Origin: an uncultured Spirochaetota bacterium
Lineage (GTDB): Bacteria > Spirochaetota > Spirochaetia > SZUA-6 > Fen-1364
Assembly: GCA_963781885.1 (NCBI GenBank)
Contig: CAWAHW010000002.1
Span: 288,001 to 352,000, forward strand
Direction: 5' to 3'
Length of the DNA stretch: 64,000 nucleotides
In this document: positions 9,329 to 17,711 of the stretch, one piece after another
Numbering within the stretch: position 1 is the stretch's first letter
Layout: the number at the start of each line of letters is the position of its first letter
Made by a program: the position numbers and the translations under genes
Notes under the pieces: generated by a model
Seen by the model: only the letters and a program-made list of their open reading frames with translations
Databases searched by the model: none
What the model was told of the DNA's origin: nothing

Positions 9329-10864
9329 ATGGGTGGCATCGGCGAGCTCAAAAGACTTTTGCAAGGAGAAGGCGATGAAGCCCGCAGGGTGGAGAAGGCC
9401 GTCGACTGGCTCCTGGCGGGTCTTCCAGCGGAAGGCGTCGCGCTCCTCACCGCCGACGACAGCGCCTCCGGCGGTCTGGACGTGCGCTGCGCGCGGGGCT
9501 CGCTGATCGCACCCGCGCCGCTTCTCGCCGCGGAGCTTTCCCGCGCGGGAGTCCCCGCGGCCCCGGGACCCATCCGCCTGTCCGCGGGCGGCGCGGCGGA
9601 CACGATTCATTGCTGCCCCATCCCCTTTCCTTCGGCCACGCTGCGCAGCGCGCTGGTGATCCAGGGCCCGGACATTGAAACGGCCGTCCATCGGGCGGGT
9701 GAGGACATGCAGGCCTTCTGCGCGCTCCTGCGCCAGGAGTTGGAAAGCGAGCGCCGCCGCACGATGCACGATCGCGACGTGCTCGTCGGTGACATCCTGT
9801 CCGAGGGGACCCTTGGATCCGGCTTCATGCCGGGGCTCACCTTTCTCACCGAAGGCCTGAAGCTTCCGCTGTACATGTGCGACCTGCGGGGCACGTTCCG
9901 CTACGCGAGCCAGGGCTTCCTCAGCCTCACCATCCATGACAGCCTGGAAAGCCTCTGCGCGCGCGGGGACTTCTTCCGCGACCCCGGCAGCAGGACCGAC
10001 GAGCTTGAAACCATCAGGTCCCTCGGCTCCGTGACGTCCTTTCCCCTGGCCGTGACCACGGGTGACGGCCGCCGCCTGGACATCCGCGATTCCGCCGTGC
10101 TTTTCGGCGACAACATTGTCGGGGTCTTTTTCGACGTCACCGCGCTCCTGGCCGCCAACGCCGAGCTGAAGGATACCCTCCAGGTCCAGGAGCTGCTGAA
10201 CGACAGCATCCTCGCGGGCACGAAGGTCCTCCAGCGGACGCAGGGGGCCGCCATCCGCACCCTTGCCCGGCTTGCCGAATACCGGGACCCCGAGACGGGC
10301 TTCCACCTCCAGCGCATCTGCGAATACACGCGCCTCCTTGCACTTCAGGTGCACGAGCGCTCGCCGTACGCCTTCAGGATCACGCGCGACTACGGCGACG
10401 ATCTTTCCATCTCGAGCATGCTGCACGACATCGGCAAGGTGAGCATCCCCGACAACATCCTCCTGAAGCAGGGGCCCCTGGATCCGCACGAATGGGAGGT
10501 CATGAAGAAGCACACCGTCTTCGGCTGGGAGGTGCTCCACAAGGCGGACCGCGAGCTGGGTGAGCAGTCTTTCCTCACGCTCGCGGCAACCATCGCTCTT
10601 TCCCATCACGAGCGATTCGACGGCAAGGGCTATCCGCACGGCAGCATCGGCGACCAGATCCCCCTCTCCGCGCGGATCTCTTCCATCGCCGACGTCTACG
10701 ATGCCCTCACCTCGGCCCGGCCCTACAAGGAGGCCTGGAGCCACGAGAGGGCGACCGAGGAGATCCTTTCCCAGGGGGCGGGCCATTTCGATCCCGTGCT
10801 CATCGAGATCTTCCGCGACGTGCACGGCCTTTTCGCCGAGGTGCGGCGCCAGTTCCCCGGATGA
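9329..10864 (+). CDS. HD-GYP domain cyclic-dinucleotide phosphodiesterase with PAS-like region
   Basis: EYRDPETGFH, LHDIGK, HHERFDGKGYP, ADVYDAL..RPYK. Confidence 0.9.
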   Translation: MGGIGELKRLLQGEGDEARRVEKAVDWLLAGLPAEGVALLTADDSASGGLDVRCARGSLIAPAPLLAAELSRAGVPAAPGPIRLSAGGAADTIHCCPIPFPSATLRSALVIQGPDIETAVHRAGEDMQAFCALLRQELESERRRTMHDRDVLVGDILSEGTLGSGFMPGLTFLTEGLKLPLYMCDLRGTFRYASQGFLSLTIHDSLESLCARGDFFRDPGSRTDELETIRSLGSVTSFPLAVTTGDGRRLDIRDSAVLFGDNIVGVFFDVTALLAANAELKDTLQVQELLNDSILAGTKVLQRTQGAAIRTLARLAEYRDPETGFHLQRICEYTRLLALQVHERSPYAFRITRDYGDDLSISSMLHDIGKVSIPDNILLKQGPLDPHEWEVMKKHTVFGWEVLHKADRELGEQSFLTLAATIALSHHERFDGKGYPHGSIGDQIPLSARISSIADVYDALTSARPYKEAWSHERATEEILSQGAGHFDPVLIEIFRDVHGLFAEVRRQFPG

Positions 10865-10868
10865 GGCG

Positions 10869-11738
10869 ATGAAAGCAGCGGTCGTCGCCGTTGTCGGACG
10901 GCCGTCGTCGGGAAAATCGACGCTCGTCAACGCGCTGTGCGGCGGCAAGGTCTCCATCGTGTCCCCCGTGCCGCAGACCACGCGCAACAAGGTGCGGGGG
11001 ATCCTCAACGCGCCGGAGGGCCAGCTCGTGTTCATGGACACCCCCGGCTTCCATCTTTCAGAGAAGAAGCTCAACCGCTACATGGCCGAGCTCGTCACCT
11101 CCGCCCTTGCCGAGGTCGACGTCGTGCTCTACGTGGTCGACGGCACCCGAGCCGCCGGCGAAGAGGAGCGGGCGCTGCAGGCCGTGCTGCGCGCGTCGCT
11201 GCCGCCCCGCGTGGTGTGCGTGAACAAGTCTGACAGCCCGGACTGGGCACCGGCCCTCGATGCGATTGCCGCAGCCCTCCCCCCGTGCACCCCCCTGGTG
11301 GTGTCCGCGCTGAAAGGCGTGGGGCTGGACACGCTCACGGCGCAGTTGTTCGCCCTTTCTCCTGAAGGCGAGCAGATGTATCCCGAGGACTACTACACCG
11401 ACCAGACGCCCGAGTTCCGCATCGCCGAAATACTGCGGGAGAAAGCGATGCTCCAGACGCGCGACGAGGTGCCGCACGCGATCTACGTCCGGCTGGAGGA
11501 CGTCGAGATGCACGACGACGGGGCGACGATCTGGGCGCGAGGGTTTCTCTGCGTGGAGCGCGAATCGCAGCAGGGCATCCTCGTGGGCAGGGGCGGGGAG
11601 CGCATCAGGAGCATCGTCGCCGAGGCCCAGCGCGAGCTCGCGGAGATTTTTCCCTGGAACGTGAAGCTCGACATCCGCGTGAAGGTGGACCGTGACTGGC
11701 GGAAGAGGGATCCGCTTCTCAGGAAAATGATCCGCTGA
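10869..11738 (+). CDS. era: GTPase Era
   Basis: GRPSSGKST, PQTTRN, DTPG, NKSD, KH domain SQQGILVGRGG. Confidence 0.95.
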   Translation: MKAAVVAVVGRPSSGKSTLVNALCGGKVSIVSPVPQTTRNKVRGILNAPEGQLVFMDTPGFHLSEKKLNRYMAELVTSALAEVDVVLYVVDGTRAAGEEERALQAVLRASLPPRVVCVNKSDSPDWAPALDAIAAALPPCTPLVVSALKGVGLDTLTAQLFALSPEGEQMYPEDYYTDQTPEFRIAEILREKAMLQTRDEVPHAIYVRLEDVEMHDDGATIWARGFLCVERESQQGILVGRGGERIRSIVAEAQRELAEIFPWNVKLDIRVKVDRDWRKRDPLLRKMIR

Positions 11739-11765
11739 AGACCGGGGCCGGTGACCCCGGCTCCG

Positions 11766-13640
11766 TCATCTCACCTTTGTCGCCAGCAGGTCGGTGAGGG
11801 CGAGCGCCGTCGCTGCGTCCGACGGGTTTTCGATGCCGACAACGAGATTGGATCCCTGGATGGCCGGGGGGGGAACGGCAAGCGTCTTCTCCGCGCCGCC
11901 GCTTGCAACGACGATCGACGAGGCCTGCGGGCCGACGCGGAAACGCAGGCGCGACGAGTCGGCGGCGAGCGGGACGATGAGCGCCGCCGCGCTGCTGCCC
12001 TCCCACGAGATGACGAGTGTCGCGGCGTGCGCGGAGTCCCGGGAGAGATCCGCCGTCACCGATACCGCCGAATCGCCGGTGGACAGGGGCGGCAGGGTGA
12101 GGCGCGCGCCCGGCGGAAGGCTCAAGCTGCCGCCGGCGATCTGGCCTTTGCCGTTCGCGGTCCCGGCCGGCGTTCCCGTCAGCACGAAACCGTCGGGGAG
12201 ATAGATGCCGTCGAAGCCGTTCGCGACGACCAGGCTGCTGCCGTTTGCAATCGCCTGCGCTCGCGCGTAGAGACCGGGGTCCGTGGAGGCGCGGCCCGCC
12301 GCGTCCTGGGAGTAGACGCCGAACTCGTCCACGACACCAGCAAAACCCTGCGGCCCGCCGATGGTGAGGCTTCCCTCCTGCCCGATGGCATAGGGTGGAG
12401 CGTGGACGGTCGCGACGCCTACCTGCGATCCGTCGAGAAACCACTGCGCGGCGAGACTGTCAGCCTGCGGGACGATGCTGAGCGACACGAGGTAGCGCTG
12501 CGTGGCCGCCAAGGCCGGTCCCGACCACGGGATGACGGCCGTGCCGCCAGCGCCGCTCAGGCGCGCCTGCGGCCCTCCGGTCTGGGGATCCATTTCGATG
12601 CTGAGGCTGAAGCCCCCGCCCGCTGCCGCCGCGCTCACGAGCGTGTGCGCCGCATGAGGATCGTCCAGGGAAAGCCCGAGGCTGATCGTGAACGGCATCA
12701 AGGTTCCCGCCTGCTGGGGGAGGGCGAGCCACGGAACCTGCACGCCCGAGCTGCCGTCCAGCCGGTAGCCAAACCTGTCTTCCAGTGTGACGACCGCGGG
12801 CGTGCCGACCGCCACTGCCTTGGTCCTTCCCGACCGTATCGCTCCCGCGCCCGCATCGACCAGGGAGGCCTGCAGGTGAAGGAGGGAAAGGTAGGAGGAA
12901 TCGGGGCCCATGTCGCTCTGCGCCGACGCGGCATTTGCGGAGACCACCACGTCGGTGGAAAGCGACAGTGACGAGCTGAAGGGGAAGTCCGTGCCGGTGG
13001 GAGGCGCGCTGGGGAAAAGCTCCAGCGTGATGGTATAGACGCCGGAGTCGGCAGGCACGACCCAGAGGATCTGGTCCAGACCGTCGCCGACCATGCCGCG
13101 GGCGATCACCTTGCCTTTCCACGTCCATCGCAGGTATCCGTTGGACCCGTCAGGGGTCTCTATCTCTGCTTTCAGCATCACCGTTGCCTGGCTGGTGATC
13201 ACGGGCGGGAAGCTCCTGATGCCCGTCACCCTCCAGCCGTCCTTTGCAACGAAGAAGGAGGCGGACTTCCTCTGCACGACCTCACCGGCGGAATACAGGA
13301 CGAGATCCAGCTTGTACAGCCCCGGCGCGAGGTCCGCGGGGAGCGCGATTCCGCTCTGGTCGTTGAGCGTGGCCCCGCTGCGCTGATGCCAGACGCTCTG
13401 CCCGGAGGAGGAGGTGAGGGTGACCTCTATCTCCAGCGTTCCGTTCTTGGATGTATCCTGTCCCGACACAAGAAGGGGAAGCGACTTGCCCGCGGCAAAT
13501 ACCTGGCCGTCGGTGGCCGAGGTGATCTGCATGTCGGAGGAATCGCTCTTGACCGGCATGAAGAGGGACTGATCCCCGCACGCGGCAAGGAATACACCAA
13601 GGATGAGGAGAGGAACTGTCCGCGCGAGCATGCGGGCCAT
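11766..13640 (-). CDS. lipoprotein with Ig-like and LamG/ConA-like beta-sandwich domains
   Basis: Lipobox FLAAC; LamG-like WFLDG..IGG..FAGVVDEFGVY. Confidence 0.75.
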   Translation of the reverse strand: MARMLARTVPLLILGVFLAACGDQSLFMPVKSDSSDMQITSATDGQVFAAGKSLPLLVSGQDTSKNGTLEIEVTLTSSSGQSVWHQRSGATLNDQSGIALPADLAPGLYKLDLVLYSAGEVVQRKSASFFVAKDGWRVTGIRSFPPVITSQATVMLKAEIETPDGSNGYLRWTWKGKVIARGMVGDGLDQILWVVPADSGVYTITLELFPSAPPTGTDFPFSSSLSLSTDVVVSANAASAQSDMGPDSSYLSLLHLQASLVDAGAGAIRSGRTKAVAVGTPAVVTLEDRFGYRLDGSSGVQVPWLALPQQAGTLMPFTISLGLSLDDPHAAHTLVSAAAAGGGFSLSIEMDPQTGGPQARLSGAGGTAVIPWSGPALAATQRYLVSLSIVPQADSLAAQWFLDGSQVGVATVHAPPYAIGQEGSLTIGGPQGFAGVVDEFGVYSQDAAGRASTDPGLYARAQAIANGSSLVVANGFDGIYLPDGFVLTGTPAGTANGKGQIAGGSLSLPPGARLTLPPLSTGDSAVSVTADLSRDSAHAATLVISWEGSSAAALIVPLAADSSRLRFRVGPQASSIVVASGGAEKTLAVPPPAIQGSNLVVGIENPSDAATALALTDLLATKVR

Positions 13641-13671
13641 CAAGGCAAATATATCACCATGGGGGGGGAAT

Positions 13672-13992
13672 TCAAGAAGCGTCCGGCAGGCGCAGGTGGA
13701 GAATCTCGATGAGGACGTCGCCGCGCGTGTAGGTCTGGCAGGCGAGCCGGATATCGGGGCCCGAAGGCTCGCCCTCATCGGCCAGGGACCGCAGCCTCTT
13801 GATTTCCATTTCCCTCCGCGGGCTCAGGAACTCCGCCCCCTGATGGACGCGGATCAGGTCGCGGCCGCAGGAGGCTCGGCCGCCGCATAGCGTCTGGATG
13901 GGGAACTTGTTGCGCAGCAGCGCATTGAGCAGGGAGGTGGTGAGGTTCACGTCGAATGTCTCGGGCCTGCCGACGATGTGGATCACGGACAC
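13672..13992 (-). CDS. 2Fe-2S ferredoxin-like protein (third Cys replaced by Asp)
   Basis: CGGRASCGRD ... RLACQ; GTG start 13992. Confidence 0.8.
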   Translation of the reverse strand: MSVIHIVGRPETFDVNLTTSLLNALLRNKFPIQTLCGGRASCGRDLIRVHQGAEFLSPRREMEIKRLRSLADEGEPSGPDIRLACQTYTRGDVLIEILHLRLPDAS

Positions 13993-13997
13993 GGCGC

Positions 13998-14129
13998 CTA
14001 TCCCCCCTCGGCATGCGCGGTGTACTGGCGCACGGCGAGCACGGAGATGCCCGCCCCGATGCCCACGACGAGGCTCACGATGATGATGAGATCGACCTTC
14101 ACCGCGATGGGGAACGATCGCCTCGCCAT
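13998..14129 (-). CDS. 43-aa single-TM small protein (not in ORF track)
   Basis: MARRSFPIAVKVDLIIIVSLVVGIGAGISVLAVRQYTAHAEGG; high GC3; fills the gap between the DOMON and ferredoxin genes. Confidence 0.6.
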   Translation of the reverse strand: MARRSFPIAVKVDLIIIVSLVVGIGAGISVLAVRQYTAHAEGG

Positions 14130-14135
14130 GCGTGC

Positions 14136-14681
14136 CTACGGGGCGATGCTGACCGACAGCCCCGCCTTGGCCTTGTGCATCGAGACAAAAGAATCCGCCG
14201 CGCCCATTGCGATCACCAGGGCGAGCGTCTTCTGACCGCTCGCGATGAAGCGCGCGGCGGGAAGCGCCAGCTCCATCATCGTGCGGCCGTTCGATTCGGA
14301 GAGGGAATACTGCAGCGGGGGATCGGCGTCCGTGTCGGCGTGCCGATGACCCGTTGCCTGCTGCACCTTCAACTGTTCCTTGTCCGGGCCGACGAAACCG
14401 ATGTACATCACGGCGCCGTCCATGCGCGTGGATCCCAGGCCCACCGCGACCCACCCGGTGGTGGGGGCGCTCAATGCGACGAAGAGCGTGTCGGCCGACA
14501 GGCTCAGGCCGAGCTGCATGCCGGCGGCGTTGGTGGTGAGCGTATATTCCTTCGGGCCGATAACCCCGTCCACCCGGGGGAGCGCGGAGGTCAGGGTCAA
14601 GTCTCCGCTGCTCTGGGCGGACGCCAGGCCCGCGGCAGCGGCCAGCAGGACGGCGGCGCAGAGAATGGTTTTAACATTCAT
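14136..14681 (-). CDS. secreted DOMON-domain protein
   Basis: Signal peptide; TTGWVAVGLGSTRMDGAVMYIG; C-terminal MHK; GGAGG SD. Confidence 0.8.
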   Translation of the reverse strand: MNVKTILCAAVLLAAAAGLASAQSSGDLTLTSALPRVDGVIGPKEYTLTTNAAGMQLGLSLSADTLFVALSAPTTGWVAVGLGSTRMDGAVMYIGFVGPDKEQLKVQQATGHRHADTDADPPLQYSLSESNGRTMMELALPAARFIASGQKTLALVIAMGAADSFVSMHKAKAGLSVSIAP

Positions 14682-14780
14682 TTCAAAATGCCTCCATCGA
14701 TTGCATGTCGGAGGCCTTCAGAATAGAAGGAAATGACTGCGTGCGCAAGAAAAATCTCGAGCCCCCGGAGGACGGGCGCC

Positions 14781-15494
14781 CTACAGGTTGCGGGAATCGC
14801 AGAGGGCGCGGACGGGGCACGCGTCGTGATTCGGTCTGCGCGCCGCGCAGCAGCGCCTGCCATGGAATGTCACCGCGTGGGAAAAGGCCGTCCACGCGCC
14901 GTCCGGCAGGAGCGCTCCAAGCGCGGCCTCGATCCTGTCGGGGTCGTCATCCGTGACGAGCCCCAGGCGCTGGACGACCCGGCGCACGTGCGTATCGACG
15001 ATGATCGCGGGCGCGGCGAAGCAGACGCCCAGGATCACGTTCGACGTCTTGCGGCCGACACCGGGCAGGGTGAGAAGATCCGCCATCCGGTCTGGGAAAT
15101 GCGTCGGGAAGTTCCGGACCAGGGCCGCGGCCGCGCCTTTCAGGTTTTTTGCCTTGTTGTGATAAAAGCCCGTGCTCCTGACGAGCGCCTCCAGCTCATC
15201 GATGCGGGCCGCTGCCATGGAGGCGGGCGTGGGAAAGCGCGCGAAGAGGGCAGGGGTCACCTTGTTCACGCGCTCGTCCGTGCACTGTGCCGCAAGGATG
15301 GTGGCGACGAGGAGCTGGAAGGGATCCCTGTGGTCGAGCATGCAATGTGCATCAGGGTAATGCGCGACAAGGATGCGGGCGATTTCGCGCGCGCGGCGGG
15401 CCGTCGTGGACCCTGCCAGGCGCGGACGAGCGGCAGCGGTTTTTGCCCGGGGCGCGCGGCGTGGAGGCTGCTTCTTGATGCCCTTGTCGTCCAT
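14781..15494 (-). CDS. nth: endonuclease III
   Basis: LAAQCTDERVN, HhH LPGVGRKTSNV, VDTHV; FeS motif C-x6-H-x2-C-x5-C; start uncertain. Confidence 0.92.
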   Translation of the reverse strand: MDDKGIKKQPPRRAPRAKTAAARPRLAGSTTARRAREIARILVAHYPDAHCMLDHRDPFQLLVATILAAQCTDERVNKVTPALFARFPTPASMAAARIDELEALVRSTGFYHNKAKNLKGAAAALVRNFPTHFPDRMADLLTLPGVGRKTSNVILGVCFAAPAIIVDTHVRRVVQRLGLVTDDDPDRIEAALGALLPDGAWTAFSHAVTFHGRRCCAARRPNHDACPVRALCDSRNL

Positions 15495-15597
15495 GCCGCG
15501 CGCGATCCTACGCCCGGGCCGCCAAAATGTCGAGGGTCGGCGCGCGCATGCCGAACGCGCTTTCCTTTTCCGTGCGCCGTGCATAATTTTTCAGACT

Positions 15598-16059
15598 ATG
15601 ATACACGCCATCTATCAGTTTATCGGGAAGCTGGGATATACCCACCCGCTGCATCCCATGGTGACGCATATCACGATCGGGTTGACCATCGGGACGCTCA
15701 CCTTTGCCGTCATCTCGCTCCTCTTCCGCCGGGTTCGGCTGAAGCTCACCGCGTTCCACTGCGCGGTGCTCGCCATCGTGAGCATTTTCCCCACCGTGCT
15801 CCTGGGCTACATGGACTGGCGGGAAAAGTTCGGCGGGCAATGGATCACGACGATCATCATCAAGATGATACTCGCCGGAGCCCTCTTCATTTGTCTCCTC
15901 GCGGGTCTGCTCCTTGGCAGGCTGCGCAAAGGGGAAGCGGAAGAAGCCGACCAGCGGCCCTGGCGCAGCCCGCGTGCCATCGCCGCGCTCGTGCTGTATT
16001 TCGTGTGCACGGGAATCGTCATCGCCCTGGGTTTCCTCGGGGGAAGCCTGGTCTACTGA
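15598..16059 (+). CDS. DUF2231-like 4-TM membrane protein
   Basis: HPLHPMVTHITIGL motif followed by hydrophobic helices. Confidence 0.7.
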   Translation: MIHAIYQFIGKLGYTHPLHPMVTHITIGLTIGTLTFAVISLLFRRVRLKLTAFHCAVLAIVSIFPTVLLGYMDWREKFGGQWITTIIIKMILAGALFICLLAGLLLGRLRKGEAEEADQRPWRSPRAIAALVLYFVCTGIVIALGFLGGSLVY

Positions 16060-16124
16060 TCCGCCTTATTGCCGCGCGTTGACGGCGGCTCTCTTTCCGT
16101 TTCCGCCACATACCGCCCTGCCCC

Positions 16125-16176
16125 TTGACAGGGGCAGGGTTGGTGCATTCTGATTCAAGCATTACATAAACATTCA
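16125..16176 (+). promoter_or_regulatory. argR promoter with two ARG-box-like operators
   Basis: TTGACA at 16125; TGCATTCTGATTCA (16144-16157) and TACATAAACATTCA (16163-16176) resemble TGAAT-N4-ATTCA. Confidence 0.6.
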
Positions 16177-16661
16177 TGAGACAGCCGCACCGTCTCTGGA
16201 GGAGGTCGGATCTGAAAAGCCAGGAAGCACGACGGCGTCTGATCCACGGCATACTGCATGCAGAAAGGGTTCACAGCCAGGAGGAGCTCCTCAAGAGGCT
16301 GGAAAAGGAAGGGGTCGAGGTCACGCAGGCGACCCTTTCACGCGATCTGAAGTTCCTGAGCGTTTCGCGCGTGCCGGATGGCCAGGGGGAGTACGTCTAC
16401 ACGGTCGATCCTCCCCAGGAGCCCGCCCAGGATCCCTTCATTCGCGACGACCTGCGCCGCGAGATCGTGGACATAAAATTCTCGGGCAATCTCGCCGTGG
16501 TAAAGACGAAAATGGGCCACGCGCCGGGCATCGCCTACGGCATCGACCAGCTCAAGATACAGGACGTGCTGGGCACGCTCGGTGGCGATGACACCCTGCT
16601 CGTGATTCTCAAGGAAGGCGCAGACCGCGCGAAATTCCTCCGGGAGCTGACGGGCGAATAG
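16176..16661 (+). CDS. argR: arginine repressor
   Basis: SQEEL, VTQATLSRDL, GTLGGDDT. Confidence 0.95.
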   Translation: MRQPHRLWRRSDLKSQEARRRLIHGILHAERVHSQEELLKRLEKEGVEVTQATLSRDLKFLSVSRVPDGQGEYVYTVDPPQEPAQDPFIRDDLRREIVDIKFSGNLAVVKTKMGHAPGIAYGIDQLKIQDVLGTLGGDDTLLVILKEGADRAKFLRELTGE

Positions 16662-16783
16662 CCGCCGCGGCAACCCCCCGCGGTCCCATCCCGTGCCGAC
16701 CCCTCATGCTTGACCGGCAGTCGTGCAATGACGTACGGTTCCAACCGTGGCCCGCGGGCGCGGCCGTTTACGCCGCGGCGTCC

Positions 16784-16894
16784 TTCGCCCTCCCGGCGCG
16801 GAGTGCCGCGCCTGCCGGGCTCGGCATGGGGTACCATCGGTTCGCCCTCCCGGCGCGGAGTGCCGCGCCTGCCGGGCTCGGCATGGAGTACCAT
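16784..16894. repeat. two ~57-bp tandem GC-rich hairpin repeats upstream of tRNA-Pro
   Basis: TTCGCCCTCCCGGCGCGGAGTGCCGCGCCTGCCGGGCTCGGCATGG(G/A)GTACCAT at 16784 and 16841. Confidence 0.9.
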
Positions 16895-16962
16895 GCCTCG
16901 GGCTCCCGCCGTCTGCGCATGCGCGCAGCCGGCTGCCGCCCTGCGGGGCGCGTACGCCCCTT

Positions 16963-17035
16963 CGGGATGTAGCCTAGCGGCTAAGGCGCCTGCTTTGGGA
17001 GCAGGAGATCGTTGGTTCGAATCCAATCATCCCGA
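16963..17035 (+). tRNA. tRNA-Pro(TGG)
   Basis: CGGGATG/CATCCCG acceptor stem, anticodon arm CCTGC-TTTGGGA-GCAGG, GTTCGAATC T-loop; CCA not encoded. Confidence 0.97.
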
Positions 17036-17118
17036 TTTTCCCGCTCGTGTTGACACCCCCGGTGACGCGATGGTAGCCTGAAAAAAGGGCGTGTCGGAAA
17101 GACCCGCGCGTCGCTCCT

Positions 17119-17192
17119 GCGTCCATAGCTCAGTTGGATAGAGCAACAGCCTTCTAAGCTGTGGGTCGCCTGTTCGAGTCAGGCTGGACGCG
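17119..17192 (+). tRNA. tRNA-Arg(TCT)
   Basis: GCGTCCA/TGGACGC acceptor stem, ACAGC-CTTCTAA-GCTGT, GTTCGAGTC; upstream TTGACA (17050) and TAGCCT. Confidence 0.97.
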
Positions 17193-17226
17193 CTCGTTCG
17201 CTTTTGTTGGAACCTGCATGCGTGCC

Positions 17227-17535
17227 TCAGCTGACGATCCCCCCCGTCAGCGACTTTTCGAGCTTGAAATAGAGCCGTTCAGGCCAACTGTGAAGGTAGT
17301 TGGCATTGACGATTGAAGGGAAAACGCCGCGTGCGGCGAAGACGCCCATGGTGGACAGTTTGACTCTGTAGAGGCAGCCGCCGTTCGCCACCTCTCGCAT
17401 CTTCTCCAGACAGACCTGGCAGCCCTCAAAAGATTCAGCGGAGAAATGGAAAAGGTAGACAACCGAGTGATCGGCTTTGTCATAACCGAGCAACTGGCAC
17501 GTCCCGTCGAGGATCATTCGCAGGGTGTGCATCAT
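17227..17535 (-). CDS. hypothetical protein
   Basis: ~102-aa natural-looking ORF of lower GC next to tRNA-Arg. Confidence 0.55.
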   Translation of the reverse strand: MMHTLRMILDGTCQLLGYDKADHSVVYLFHFSAESFEGCQVCLEKMREVANGGCLYRVKLSTMGVFAARGVFPSIVNANYLHSWPERLYFKLEKSLTGGIVS

Positions 17536-17711
17536 GATCCTCTCGTGCGTGCCATGAAGCTTGCATTGCCACAGTCCGTGCGACGCGCCGACCTTCAAGC
17601 TCAACACATGCACGGGGGACATTTCAGGCTTGCCTGCCGCTTCAAGGATACGTCGATCGTTCGACCTGCCGCAACCCCGGTCCGAACTGCAAGGAAGGTG
17701 CGGCAACCTCC

